A stretch of 64,000 bases of DNA from an uncultured Bacilli bacterium. GTDB lineage: Bacteria > Bacillota_I > Bacilli_A > RF39 > UBA660. Positions 1-10,077 of this stretch are shown in pieces. The stretch spans positions 2,838 to 66,837 of the forward strand of contig CALVXN010000001.1 in NCBI GenBank assembly GCA_944371315.1, written 5' to 3'. The translations under genes and the position numbers were made by a program. The notes beneath the pieces are model-generated. The model was not told the origin of the DNA. It was given only the letters and a program-made list of their open reading frames with translations, and did not search any database. Numbering within the stretch: the first letter of the stretch is position 1; each line of letters starts with the position of its first letter.

Positions 1-1
1 G

Positions 2-658
2 TCAAAAGTATATTCTAAAAACAAAACATTCTCAAAACCAAGTGGAGTTATTGAAGTAGAAATAGAAAAAGAAACTATTCCACTTCAATTGGTTAGTGAA
101 TGGACTCCAGAAAATTTAAGATCTATAGAATTATTTAAGGAAGGAACAGAGCCTACTGAAATATCTACAAGATTTGCTAAATTAGATGCACCAACAAATG
201 GTAAATATACATTTAATGGAACAACAGTTAACTTAACATGGACAGGAATAAAAACTCCAGAAGCAATTGATACATCAAATTTACAAACATATTTCAATAC
301 ATACTTTGATAATCATGCAAGTAAATATTATGAACAAAGACTAAATTACAATAATAGTTACGTTGGTAAATTAGGTTATCAAATATTTAAAAAAGAAAGT
401 AATGGTAATTTAACATTTATTGGATCTACTGAAAATACAAATTATTCATTTAATATTAATCCCACAGATTCCGGAACAGTTACTTATGTAGTAAAATCAG
501 CATATACATTATTTACAAGCAATATGAGTGATGGATTAGAAATAAAAGTAAATTTAGGAATGGATTCCAATGTTGGAGACATTGTAGAAGATAATACCGA
601 TGATACAAATAATACAACAGAAAAACCTAATAATAAACCTAATACAGGTTTAGAATAA
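2..658 (+). CDS. C-terminal part of an N/T-rich surface or secreted protein; the ORF is open to the window start, so the 5' end lies outside the window
   Basis: Same frame as track ORF 89..658 with no in-frame stop between nt 2 and 89; track start is an internal TTG; extracellular-type low-complexity composition; hairpin terminator follows. Confidence 0.4.
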   Translation, partial: SKVYSKNKTFSKPSGVIEVEIEKETIPLQLVSEWTPENLRSIELFKEGTEPTEISTRFAKLDAPTNGKYTFNGTTVNLTWTGIKTPEAIDTSNLQTYFNTYFDNHASKYYEQRLNYNNSYVGKLGYQIFKKESNGNLTFIGSTENTNYSFNINPTDSGTVTYVVKSAYTLFTSNMSDGLEIKVNLGMDSNVGDIVEDNTDDTNNTTEKPNNKPNTGLE

Positions 659-662
659 AAAA

Positions 663-696
663 ATATAAGATTAAAATTTTCTTATATTTTTTTTAT
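663..696. terminator. Bidirectional rho-independent terminator between convergent genes
   Basis: ATATAAGA / TCTTATAT 8-bp stem with a 9-nt loop, flanked by A-run upstream and T-run downstream. Confidence 0.55.
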
Positions 697-706
697 TTTC
701 TATATT

Positions 707-2413
707 TTAATACTTTATTCTATATGGATCATTAAGTGAACCAGTGCCACTAACATAAGTAACTGGTGATTTTAAATAAAAAGTATATCTTTCATAATCC
801 GACGTAAAAGCCTCCCCAACTAGATTTATACCACCACTTCCACCAATCGAATAAACCAAACTCAAGCTGTCATTAACATAGCTAAAAGTTAAATCATTTA
901 TTCCCATATTAACCCAACTTCCACTACTTAAATCATTCCAGTTATCATAAGGAAAAGTATAAAAATATTCACTAACATAAATTTTTCCCAATTGACCAGT
1001 CGAATAAGAATTTGAAGGAGCATTAATACCAAACTCATTATCATACCATTCTTTTGCAGTATAACAATTTGAATTATTTAATCCACCAATATACCATTTA
1101 TGTTCAGAAACCATGTTATTATTGATTTCAAATTTTTCATCAGTTGGATAAACAGGCCCTTTTTCACTTAAATAACCCTCGATACGTAAACCATCCCAAG
1201 TTGGTCTCCCATCAACCTCTATATATTTATTTTTAGCAAATCCAATGTAAGAATTTAAAAGAAAAAATCCTCCATTAACAAGTGCATCTCCAAAATACGA
1301 ATCAGTCTTATAATCGTACTTTATCAATTTAATTTCATCATCAAAAACTCCAATAATTCGATATAAATTATCAACAGAGCAACTTTCATCATTTGTATCA
1401 AAACATACATAATTATTTATAAAATTTTCTTTTACATATCCATCGGCAACAGCTTGCATAATTGCATCCCTGTAAGAATTAAAATGAATATTATTATTAT
1501 ATTTTAAAACATAATAATGATCTATTTGTAAATCAATACAACTTAAAATATCGTCATTAGCAACGCAATCCACATTTGCAATGTCAAATACAGTTGGATA
1601 TAAACTAGAATAATCTGGGTTAATTTCAAAGTCTAATCCACTAAATCTATAAGAATAATCTTGAGCTCCATTTAAAAGATTTGAATCATGATAATACAAA
1701 AAATCATCAGTTGTATAACTTTTTGCAACACGACAAGCCAATGTATTACTATTAGTTTCGTTACATATATCAGCAAAAGTAGTTTCATATGCTTTAAGTG
1801 CAATTCCAGCATTAAAAACTTGATTCATAGTATTATTACTAGCGGATTCATCAACCCATAAATATAAATCATAATCTTTAACATTACTATTTAATAATCC
1901 CCAATTCATAATAACATATATATTTGAATAGGAACCTTTAATACCAGACTCTAATTGTTTAATTTCTTCATTATTAAAATCATTTTTACCATCTGTTTGT
2001 TCACCTACAATTCCTTCAAATAAAGGAACTTTATCTCCTTTTAAAGTAATAGCATAATGAATATTTTTAGCATCCATTGTGCTATTTTTTAATACAGATA
2101 AATAAATTTTAAAACCTATATAACCTTGGCAAGAAGAACTTACAGTAAAAGAATAAGGAGTAGTATTTAACCCTCTATTTCTACTCATAGGAAAACTATT
2201 ATTTAAACTTATGGATTTATTCGTATCTGTTAATTTTATTTTAGCACAAGTTGATAAACTAACTTCAGTTACGGAGCTCGAATCTATTTTATTTGACATA
2301 AATGCATAACCAATTCCTAAAACTAATCCTAGAACAAAAAGAACACATATTATTAATAAAATTATAATTCTATATTTCTTACACATATTACTACTACCTA
2401 CTTTCTTTATCAA
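707..2413 (-). CDS. Hypothetical secreted or membrane-anchored protein, 568 aa
   Basis: N-terminal hydrophobic signal-anchor (IIILLIICVLFVLGLVLGIGYAF); Asn/Tyr/Ser-rich; no recognisable catalytic motif. Confidence 0.5.
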   Translation of the reverse strand: MIKKVGSSNMCKKYRIIILLIICVLFVLGLVLGIGYAFMSNKIDSSSVTEVSLSTCAKIKLTDTNKSISLNNSFPMSRNRGLNTTPYSFTVSSSCQGYIGFKIYLSVLKNSTMDAKNIHYAITLKGDKVPLFEGIVGEQTDGKNDFNNEEIKQLESGIKGSYSNIYVIMNWGLLNSNVKDYDLYLWVDESASNNTMNQVFNAGIALKAYETTFADICNETNSNTLACRVAKSYTTDDFLYYHDSNLLNGAQDYSYRFSGLDFEINPDYSSLYPTVFDIANVDCVANDDILSCIDLQIDHYYVLKYNNNIHFNSYRDAIMQAVADGYVKENFINNYVCFDTNDESCSVDNLYRIIGVFDDEIKLIKYDYKTDSYFGDALVNGGFFLLNSYIGFAKNKYIEVDGRPTWDGLRIEGYLSEKGPVYPTDEKFEINNNMVSEHKWYIGGLNNSNCYTAKEWYDNEFGINAPSNSYSTGQLGKIYVSEYFYTFPYDNWNDLSSGSWVNMGINDLTFSYVNDSLSLVYSIGGSGGINLVGEAFTSDYERYTFYLKSPVTYVSGTGSLNDPYRIKY

Positions 2414-2497
2414 TTATAGCAAAGAAAAAAATCGTATGCAACTGCACTTTATTTTTTTGTTATTTATTGATGAGAAAATAACGATGGTGACATTAAA

Positions 2498-2932
2498 ATG
2501 AATATAGAAAATTTTAAAAAAACTAGAATAAAAAAGGGGTTGACTCAAAAACAAATAGCTGACATTTTAAAAGTAAAAAGAGGCACATATGCAAATTGGG
2601 AATGCGGCAACGATTTAATACCAATAAAACAAATACATAATTTAAGTAATTTTTATAAATTGTCTATTGACTATTTACTTGGATTAAATACCAATAATAA
2701 AGTAATAATAATTAATAAAAATGAATTAAATCTTAAACAAATAAGCACAAATTTAAAATACATAAGAAAAAAAGCAAAATTGTCTCAAAAAAATTTTGCT
2801 GAATCTATAAATATAAATCAATCAACATGGTGGGCATATGAAAATGGAAAAACTTTAATTACAACACACACATTAATTGCTATTTATAATAAATATGGAT
2901 ACTCAATTGACTACATACTCAATAATAGTTAA
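2498..2932 (+). CDS. XRE-family transcriptional regulator with two tandem HTH domains
   Basis: Two HTH_3-like segments (LTQKQIADILKVKRGTYANWE and LSQKNFAESININQSTWWAYE). Confidence 0.6.
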   Translation: MNIENFKKTRIKKGLTQKQIADILKVKRGTYANWECGNDLIPIKQIHNLSNFYKLSIDYLLGLNTNNKVIIINKNELNLKQISTNLKYIRKKAKLSQKNFAESININQSTWWAYENGKTLITTHTLIAIYNKYGYSIDYILNNS

Positions 2933-3543
2933 ATTTTTCTATATAAACAATTACCAAACGGACAATTTTTACAATCTGGATTTTGACTTTTACATATATA
3001 TCTACCAAATAAAACTAATTGATGATGAACTCTACTCCACTTATCTTTAGGAAAAAATTTCATTAAATCATTTTCTATTTTTAAAACGTCTTGTTCATTA
3101 GTAATACCTAATCTTTTTGCAACACGTTTAACATGAGTATCAACAGCAATTGCAGGAACATTATAAATATTAGATAAAACAACATTACAAGTTTTTCTTC
3201 CAACACCTGGTAAACTTTCTAAAAAAACTCTATCATTAGGAACAATACCATTATATTTTTCAACTAGTTCTTTAGCAACAATTTGTATATATTCAGCCTT
3301 ACGACGATAAGTTCCAACTGGATATATTATTTTTTCAATGTCTTTTAAATTAGCATTCTTTAGACTAAAAATATCATACTTACTAAATAATATAGAAGTT
3401 ACAGAATTTACTCTTTTATCAGTTGATTGAGCAGATAATATAGTTGCAATTAATAATTCATAATCCTTATTGTAATTTAATTCACAGCGAGCATCAGGAA
3501 ATAAAATATCTAAATTATTTAATATTTTTTTACTATTTTTCAT
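2929..3543 (-). CDS. nth: Endonuclease III, a DNA glycosylase/AP lyase
   Basis: HhH-GPD fold motifs (LPGVGRKTCNVVL) and a C-terminal 4Fe-4S cysteine cluster (CKSQNPDCKNCPFGNC). Confidence 0.85.
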   Translation of the reverse strand: MKNSKKILNNLDILFPDARCELNYNKDYELLIATILSAQSTDKRVNSVTSILFSKYDIFSLKNANLKDIEKIIYPVGTYRRKAEYIQIVAKELVEKYNGIVPNDRVFLESLPGVGRKTCNVVLSNIYNVPAIAVDTHVKRVAKRLGITNEQDVLKIENDLMKFFPKDKWSRVHHQLVLFGRYICKSQNPDCKNCPFGNCLYRKI

Positions 3544-4168
3544 TTAACCAATCAAAATTTAAGATACTAGGTTCAAAAACTTTTTCTTCTCTATCATCTT
3601 TTTTAAATCGATTATTTACTTCCTCAACTGTTTTATATCCTTTTCTATTCCATTCATATAACACTTTATCAATATAACGCATAGTAAAAACTCCATTATA
3701 TACAGCTTCTTTTAAAGCAGCAATTATTAATTCTTCACTAAAACCTTTATCAATCCAAGCATTAATAATCTCACAATCCATCATAGATAAAGTTCTACCA
3801 AACTCTTTTTCAAATATACTAAATATATCATCTTTACTATTTTCTTTCTCAATTAATTTTCTATCATTATTTATTTCATTATAAAAATTATCTAAACATA
3901 CTCTTTCAATAATTTTACCATAGCCATCTTTTTCAGCTTTTACTTTAATTAATTTTTTTTGCATTAAACTACTATATGCTTCTAAAACTTTATTTTCATC
4001 CATATTTAAAGTTTTAGCAATAATTCCAATATCAAAGACTAAATCAAAAGAATTATCAAAATAAAGTAATAATAAAAACTCGTTTAAAGATAAATTTTCT
4101 TTTAAAGCTTCTTTAATAAAAATTGATTCAGCTACAAGTTTTTTATTATCTTTAAACACAATTATCAC
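3533..4168 (-). CDS. dnaD: DnaD-domain replication initiation / membrane attachment protein
   Basis: DnaD-like C-terminal region (IINAWIDKGFSEELIIAALKEAV...YIDKVLYEWNRKG); conserved dnaD-nth adjacency as in Bacillus; 11-nt overlap with nth. Confidence 0.6.
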   Translation of the reverse strand: MIIVFKDNKKLVAESIFIKEALKENLSLNEFLLLLYFDNSFDLVFDIGIIAKTLNMDENKVLEAYSSLMQKKLIKVKAEKDGYGKIIERVCLDNFYNEINNDRKLIEKENSKDDIFSIFEKEFGRTLSMMDCEIINAWIDKGFSEELIIAALKEAVYNGVFTMRYIDKVLYEWNRKGYKTVEEVNNRFKKDDREEKVFEPSILNFDWLNEK

Positions 4169-5235
4169 TTCCTTTTTAATAAATATAATTTAATATCACT
4201 TTTCTTATTTTTCAATTTACCATTTAATATCTCTATGATTAATTGATCATATATTTTGTTAATAATATTTCCAGGTTTAATATTTAATAAGTCCATTATT
4301 TCATTTCCATTTATTTGAATATCTTTTCTATCTTTTATTGGCATTTTTTTATACATTTTATTTATTAATTTAGAATCGACATTTAATATTTCACCTGCTA
4401 CTAAATTAACATATAACCCATAATTAAATAATGTCCAATAATCAATTTTTTTATATTTAACTATCTCAGTAATACTAATTATAGTGCTTTTTTCATTATT
4501 TGTAAATGGTATATCACCGGTTTTTATTTGAGCATAAATTCCCATTAAATCTTTAGTATAATTAAAATCGTTAAATATAATACCTAAATGCTTATCTAAT
4601 TCAAACTCCTTTAATAACTTTACTCCCTCCATATAATTTTCATTTAACAAAATTTTATCTAATTCTTCTCTAATTTTATTTTTTGATACACTATTAATTA
4701 AATTAGCATTTTCTTTAATTCCATTTTTTAATTCATCATTTAAATTAAACTTTAATACTGTAGCAAACCTAATAGCTCGAATAATTCTAGATGGATCTTC
4801 TTTTAAACGTTCATTAGTATTACCTATCATTTTTATAGTTCTATTATTTAAATCATTAATGCCATTTAATAAATCTATTATCTTACCCTTTTTATCCATA
4901 CAAATAGCATTTATAGTAAAATCTCTTCTAATTAAATCTTCTTTTAAATTTTTTACATAATTAATTTTTATGGGTTTTCCATTATTATATTCTTTTTCTT
5001 CTCTGAATGTTGTAATATCTATGTTATAATTATTAATAATTAAATTAACTCCACCATATTTATTAGCATCAACATTAAATATGTTATATATATCTTTAGG
5101 CAAAGCTGAAGTGCAAATATCAACATCAAGAGATTTAACTCCAAGTAATAAATCTCTTACATACCCACCTACTAAATAAGCTTCATAACCATTATATTCT
5201 ATTTTTTCTAATATTTTTTTTATAATTTTATCCAT
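4165..5235 (-). CDS. cca: CCA-adding tRNA nucleotidyltransferase
   Basis: Pol-beta nucleotidyltransferase head motif GGYVRDLLLG...DVDI; 4-nt overlap with dnaD. Confidence 0.75.
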   Translation of the reverse strand: MDKIIKKILEKIEYNGYEAYLVGGYVRDLLLGVKSLDVDICTSALPKDIYNIFNVDANKYGGVNLIINNYNIDITTFREEKEYNNGKPIKINYVKNLKEDLIRRDFTINAICMDKKGKIIDLLNGINDLNNRTIKMIGNTNERLKEDPSRIIRAIRFATVLKFNLNDELKNGIKENANLINSVSKNKIREELDKILLNENYMEGVKLLKEFELDKHLGIIFNDFNYTKDLMGIYAQIKTGDIPFTNNEKSTIISITEIVKYKKIDYWTLFNYGLYVNLVAGEILNVDSKLINKMYKKMPIKDRKDIQINGNEIMDLLNIKPGNIINKIYDQLIIEILNGKLKNKKSDIKLYLLKRK

Positions 5236-5306
5236 TAAATATCACACTTAAATTATATCATAAATATATTTAATTATAATTAAAAATGAATCTTATCACC
5301 TAAGAT

Positions 5307-6221
5307 TCACTTTTTTACTGAAGCATCATATATTTGTTTAATAGTATTACTTAAAATATCAGAATATTCTTCATCATTTTGATTAATACTTAATCCCTCT
5401 AGTAATGCTCTAGAAAAACTAGCAATCATATTTTTATTTAGTTTAAGCAATTCACATGCTTTATTTCTATCATATCCACCAGATAACGCTACTATTCTTA
5501 AAACATTTTTATATTTTAATAAAGGATCATAAAAATTAGGTATATCTGGTAAAGTAAATTTAAAAATAATATAATCTTCTTTATTCATTTTATCCAAATG
5601 CATTAATAATTCTTTTTTTAAATATGTTTCGATATTTTTTTTATCTTTAGAATTAATATCAACTTCTGGTTCTATTATTGGAATTAATCCATAAGAAATT
5701 ATTTTTTTAGCTAACTTAAATTGTTGTTCTACAACTTTTTTAATGCCATATTCATTATATTCTTTAATTACTGAACGCATTTTTGTTCCAACAATTCCAT
5801 AATCTTTTGCTTCTTTTAAAATGTCATCTAAATTATCAATGTCTTTTAATAATTGAACTCCATCAGATTCTTCATCTAACCCCAAATCAATTTTTAAAAA
5901 CGAAACAATTCCTTTATCACTCAAATATTTAACAGTATTTATACCATTAATTTGGCCTTTCATAGTTTTATTAAATAATATAACTCCTAAGATATGTTTA
6001 CTATCAAAATACTTATTACTAATTAATCTACTACGCATTTGATGAATAAAATCAAACATTACATCATCATTAATAATATCTTTTTCTAAAAATCCATAAT
6101 TAACTAATGTTTTTTTGCTACTACCACCACTTTGATCTAATGCAGCAATAAAACCTTTACCTTTTCTTAATCTTTCAATTATATCCACAATTCCACCTTC
6201 TAAACAGTTAAATCTATACAT
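5307..6221 (-). CDS. fda: Fructose-bisphosphate aldolase, class I
   Basis: Strong resemblance to Staphylococcus-type class I FBA (GKGFIAALDQSGGS...IGTKMRS...IIEPEV...LSGGY). Confidence 0.75.
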   Translation of the reverse strand: MYRFNCLEGGIVDIIERLRKGKGFIAALDQSGGSSKKTLVNYGFLEKDIINDDVMFDFIHQMRSRLISNKYFDSKHILGVILFNKTMKGQINGINTVKYLSDKGIVSFLKIDLGLDEESDGVQLLKDIDNLDDILKEAKDYGIVGTKMRSVIKEYNEYGIKKVVEQQFKLAKKIISYGLIPIIEPEVDINSKDKKNIETYLKKELLMHLDKMNKEDYIIFKFTLPDIPNFYDPLLKYKNVLRIVALSGGYDRNKACELLKLNKNMIASFSRALLEGLSINQNDEEYSDILSNTIKQIYDASVKK

Positions 6222-6727
6222 ATTTTTTTGTTTTTCTCTACTATTAATTCTCTGTATTTTACATTACATTTATCAAATAATATTTTTGATGCTTTAAAAT
6301 TATCTTGATCTTTATATTTATCACTTAAATAAATTACTTCTTTTATACCTGATTGTATTATTGCCTTTGCACATTCATTACAAGGAAATAATGCAACATA
6401 AATTTTAGCCCCTTCAAAGTCTCTTTTATGACCTCTAAAATTTAAAATAGCATTAAGTTCAGCATGACAAACATATAAATATTTGGTATTCAAAGCATGC
6501 CCTTCTCTATCCCAAGGAAAATCTTGATCATCAAATCCATTCGGAGTTCCATTATATCCCATAGATAAAATTCTATTATCACTACTTACAATACAAGCAC
6601 CAACTTGTGTTGAAGGATCTTTACTTCTTAAAGCAGATAACTTTGCAATTCCCATAAAATATTCATCCCAAGATAAATAATCTTTTCTATGTTTATTTAT
6701 ACTCACTATATCACATCCTACATACAT
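6200..6727 (-). CDS. comEB: dCMP deaminase (ComEB-type zinc deaminase)
   Basis: Cytidine/deoxycytidylate deaminase zinc motifs HAELNAI and PCNECAKAI; 22-nt overlap with fda. Confidence 0.75.
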   Translation of the reverse strand: MYVGCDIVSINKHRKDYLSWDEYFMGIAKLSALRSKDPSTQVGACIVSSDNRILSMGYNGTPNGFDDQDFPWDREGHALNTKYLYVCHAELNAILNFRGHKRDFEGAKIYVALFPCNECAKAIIQSGIKEVIYLSDKYKDQDNFKASKILFDKCNVKYRELIVEKNKKICIDLTV

Positions 6728-6770
6728 TCTAACAAAATTATTAAATTAAATCTATGTATTTTTCTAAATA

Positions 6771-7784
6771 TTACACTATATCTTCGATTTCTTCTACATA
6801 CGCATATTTATAATCTTTAAACTTATTTAATTTTTCATAAATTTCTTTTGCATAATTAGATATTTCATTAATTCGAATAATTTTATTGTTACATTTAACT
6901 AATGGTATAGTGTTTCTTTTTTTAGTTTCAAAAGATATATAAAAATTATTTAAAGGTTTATTTTCACTATTTTTAATACTTGTAGCATTATTAAAATAAT
7001 TCCATGATTTAAAGTTTTTTGAAAAAATACTACACAAATCATCTTCTTTTTTATTATATAAATCTTCTAATATAATAAGTTTATTGTTGCATGCATTTTT
7101 TACTATTTCAGAAACATATTTCATAACAAATTTATCAGTATTACCTTGTAACTCTTTAGCATAATTAAATACCATATCAACAAAGTTTTCAGCTATTTCA
7201 ACATCATTAAAGCCAATTTCTAATTTACCATCTTCATTTTTTAAAACAATGATATTGTCATAAACATTTTTTATGGCATCTAATGAATGTGTGTGTAACC
7301 AAATATAACAAGTATGTAAAACTCCATCTAATCTATCTGTGCATAACTTTGGTGATTTATTTTCTAAAATATTATAATTATCTAAACAATTTAAATCTTC
7401 TAATGTAATTTTATCATCTTTTAAATAATCGTATAATTCTTCATCCTTTTTTATAATATCAATAATATTTTTTTCAGAAGATTCTTGATTAAGATAATCT
7501 CCAAAAACATAATCAATTGTATGAGCAAAACAAGGTGTTCCTATATCATGAAGTAAAGCCGCAATTGTCTCTTTTTTATTGTGAGTAAAATGCCAAGTCA
7601 TATGAGCAACTACTAAGCTATGATCAAATCTAGTATATAAAAATAATGGTGAATACAATTGCGTATAATCACAACCACAAAATTGAGTTATATGTTTTAA
7701 ACGCTCTAATGTTTTTGTATTTAAATATTTATCAATAAATTTGGGATAATCTTCATCAATAAATAAATTAAGATATTCTTGCAT
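6771..7784 (-). CDS. HD-domain phosphohydrolase, function unknown
   Basis: HD motif H...LLHDIG...D; no HD-GYP or other specialised signature seen. Confidence 0.5.
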   Translation of the reverse strand: MQEYLNLFIDEDYPKFIDKYLNTKTLERLKHITQFCGCDYTQLYSPLFLYTRFDHSLVVAHMTWHFTHNKKETIAALLHDIGTPCFAHTIDYVFGDYLNQESSEKNIIDIIKKDEELYDYLKDDKITLEDLNCLDNYNILENKSPKLCTDRLDGVLHTCYIWLHTHSLDAIKNVYDNIIVLKNEDGKLEIGFNDVEIAENFVDMVFNYAKELQGNTDKFVMKYVSEIVKNACNNKLIILEDLYNKKEDDLCSIFSKNFKSWNYFNNATSIKNSENKPLNNFYISFETKKRNTIPLVKCNNKIIRINEISNYAKEIYEKLNKFKDYKYAYVEEIEDIV

Positions 7785-7891
7785 ACTAACATCTCCATTA
7801 ATATAAATTATTTTATCAAAAATAAAGTAAAATTAAAACTTGAAACATAAAGATTGGAGTTTAATCAATTATATAAGAAACCAAATAACTT

Positions 7892-8632
7892 TTATACTAT
7901 AATCGCTTTAGGGTGATTTATCAAATAAAAATAAATTGCAACACAAATAAAGTCAGCTGCCAAGCCTGCATAATTATTACACTCATCTATAATCGAATTA
8001 TAAGCAATTATGGAAATTTCAAGCAAATTTCCATCTTCATAATTATCTTCTAAAATTGAATATGCTTTTTTTATTCTTTTAAATCCTGTTATATATTCTT
8101 TATGAACATTATTTTCCAATTCTTCTTTTTTTAATTTATAGTAATCAAACAAATTAGCAACTTTATAATTTATGATATTAGGAAACTGTTTTGAAACACT
8201 ATGTGCTATTTTTCTAAATTTATAATGGTATACTACATCTTTATATGTAGTATGTTTTAATAAATTTTCTACTTCATCTAATACATTGATATCAAATTTA
8301 TTAGTAGTTATTTGCGTGCTAACAATTGGTATTAACAATTCTATAATTCCAAAATTTATTTTTCCACCATTTCTATTATCAAAACTTCTTTTTTGGGCTT
8401 TATAAGCTAAATCATATAATAATTTAGGTTGTTTATAATTATTATTTTTTATTCTTTCAGATAATTCATAAAATATTTGTCCAATGTTAACACCAGATAT
8501 AAGAAAATATTCTAATTTAGATTTTTCTTGCCAATCTTTTTTTCTAGAAGTGCACCCTTCCTTTTCAGGAATTGGCTCTAATACACTTGCTAAAATAATA
8601 TAATGCATAATATCAAAAGAATTATAACTCAT
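7892..8632 (-). CDS. Hypothetical protein, 246 aa
   Basis: Intact ORF upstream of the HD gene; glycine-rich segment GGKINFG followed by acidic FDINVLDEVE; no confident family assignment. Confidence 0.4.
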   Translation of the reverse strand: MSYNSFDIMHYIILASVLEPIPEKEGCTSRKKDWQEKSKLEYFLISGVNIGQIFYELSERIKNNNYKQPKLLYDLAYKAQKRSFDNRNGGKINFGIIELLIPIVSTQITTNKFDINVLDEVENLLKHTTYKDVVYHYKFRKIAHSVSKQFPNIINYKVANLFDYYKLKKEELENNVHKEYITGFKRIKKAYSILEDNYEDGNLLEISIIAYNSIIDECNNYAGLAADFICVAIYFYLINHPKAIIV

Positions 8633-8673
8633 AAAACCCCCTAATTAAAGCACAACATAATTTTAAATATATT

Positions 8674-8700
8674 AAAACTCGAAACTAAAAGTTCGAGTTT
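8674..8700 (-). terminator. Possible intrinsic terminator downstream of tRNA-Leu
   Basis: AAACTCGAA / TTCGAGTTT 9-bp stem with a 6-nt loop; only a short T-run on the minus strand. Confidence 0.3.
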
Positions 8701-8710
8701 ACTATCAATC

Positions 8711-8797
8711 TGGTGCCCGGGATCGGACTTGAACCGATATGGTATTACTACCAACGGATTTTGAGTCCGCCGCGTCTACCAATTCCGCCACTCGGGC
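8711..8797 (-). tRNA. tRNA-Leu, anticodon CAA
   Basis: 87-nt cloverleaf: GCCCGAGTGGCGGAATTGGTAGACGCG..ctCAAaa..long variable arm..GGTTCAAGTCCGATCCCGGGCACCA with encoded CCA. Confidence 0.85.
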
Positions 8798-8856
8798 ACA
8801 ACTAGATTATAACATAATATATTAAATTTGCATACTAAAAATAAATAAAATATAAA

Positions 8857-9387
8857 TTAATTCTTTGAAGGTATCCCATAAACTAACTTAACTTCATCAA
8901 AAAACAAATAATTATGTCTTGGAAAGTAAGTTAATAAACCAAACAAAATATAACACAAAACTATTAATATCACAGGCATAATATTAATATTTAATTCATC
9001 TAAATTAAGTATTTTATAGCCCAAAAATTCTACAAATACATATGTAATAAACATTAGAGAAATTGATATAAACATATTCTTTCCAATTAATTTATACAAA
9101 GGTATAAATAATAATAAATAAAAGATAACTCCAATAATAGCTTTAATAATAATTTCAACATAAAAATTATTATGTTTAATTTTAAATTTATTCATTAATA
9201 TTAAACTAATTAAGGAACCAAATATAATTACACCAAATATTATTTTCATGTGTTCCCAAATACTTTCATTAACTGGGAAAAATATAGAAGTTAAAAAACA
9301 AGGTAACCAATCATACATAAAATGCCATAAAAAAGATAACAAGAAAAAAATAACTACATTAATTATTTTAATTTTCTTTAAAGTCAT
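8857..9387 (-). CDS. Integral membrane protein, 176 aa, about 5 TM helices
   Basis: Multiple hydrophobic helices; no catalytic motif recognised. Confidence 0.45.
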   Translation of the reverse strand: MTLKKIKIINVVIFFLLSFLWHFMYDWLPCFLTSIFFPVNESIWEHMKIIFGVIIFGSLISLILMNKFKIKHNNFYVEIIIKAIIGVIFYLLLFIPLYKLIGKNMFISISLMFITYVFVEFLGYKILNLDELNINIMPVILIVLCYILFGLLTYFPRHNYLFFDEVKLVYGIPSKN

Positions 9388-9411
9388 ATAATCACCTACT
9401 AATAATATGAC

Positions 9412-10077
9412 TTATTCATGTAAAATTATCCCAAAATTTACTATAAAATCCAAAATTTGTTCCATAGATAGTGAAACACCCTTTAAATTTTTTATATCAC
9501 CTTTTACACTTAATATTTTCGATGAAAATAAAAAAGTATTAACACAATTAGAATTAACAAACTCTATTTCATCTATATTACAACTATGAAAATCTACGTT
9601 GTTTAAATTAGAATTTTTTATTAAAATATAAATTATTTTAGAAATGTTATAAATTATATCTTCAAATTTAACCTTACTAAAACTTACATAAGTAAGACAA
9701 GAATCTTCATATTTTATTTTTTTTAATATACATTCATCAAAACTGACCCCAATTAATTTTGAATTTGTATAATTAATATTTTTTAATACCACATTATCAA
9801 AGACACAGTTTTCAAATTTGCATTTAGAAAAAGTTACATTTAAAAATTGCATATTACTAAAATTAATATTGGAAAAATTGCAATTTTTAAAATTAACATT
9901 ATCTATATTATTAAAATCAACATTTTCACAATTAAAAGAGTAATCAATAATATCTTTTTTATCTTCCAATACTTCTAATAAACTATTCTTCATCTGGTTT
10001 CTCTTTATATATTGATGAAAATAATTCTTGTGTTTCATCATCACTTTTTTTTGTGGAAGGCAATTCTGGTAAATCAT
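9412..10077 (-). CDS. Pentapeptide-repeat protein, Qnr/MfpA-like size; the true start is probably the internal Met at 9993, overlapping the scpB stop by 11 nt
   Basis: Tandem A(D/N)LxX-like pentapeptide repeats (NVDFNNIDNVNFKNCNFSNINFSNMQFLNVTFSKCKFENCVF...). Confidence 0.55.
   Translation of the reverse strand: MIYQNCLPQKKVMMKHKNYFHQYIKRNQMKNSLLEVLEDKKDIIDYSFNCENVDFNNIDNVNFKNCNFSNINFSNMQFLNVTFSKCKFENCVFDNVVLKNINYTNSKLIGVSFDECILKKIKYEDSCLTYVSFSKVKFEDIIYNISKIIYILIKNSNLNNVDFHSCNIDEIEFVNSNCVNTFLFSSKILSVKGDIKNLKGVSLSMEQILDFIVNFGIILHE

Noticed and set aside
85-297. 70-aa minus-strand ORF antisense to the plus-strand surface-protein fragment
   Set aside because: Fully embedded antisense to a longer ORF; low-complexity composition; no RBS.
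560-658. KPNTGLE at the C-terminus of the plus-strand surface protein as a possible sortase LPXTG signal
   Set aside because: Not LPxTG and only two residues follow; no hydrophobic anchor or positively charged tail.
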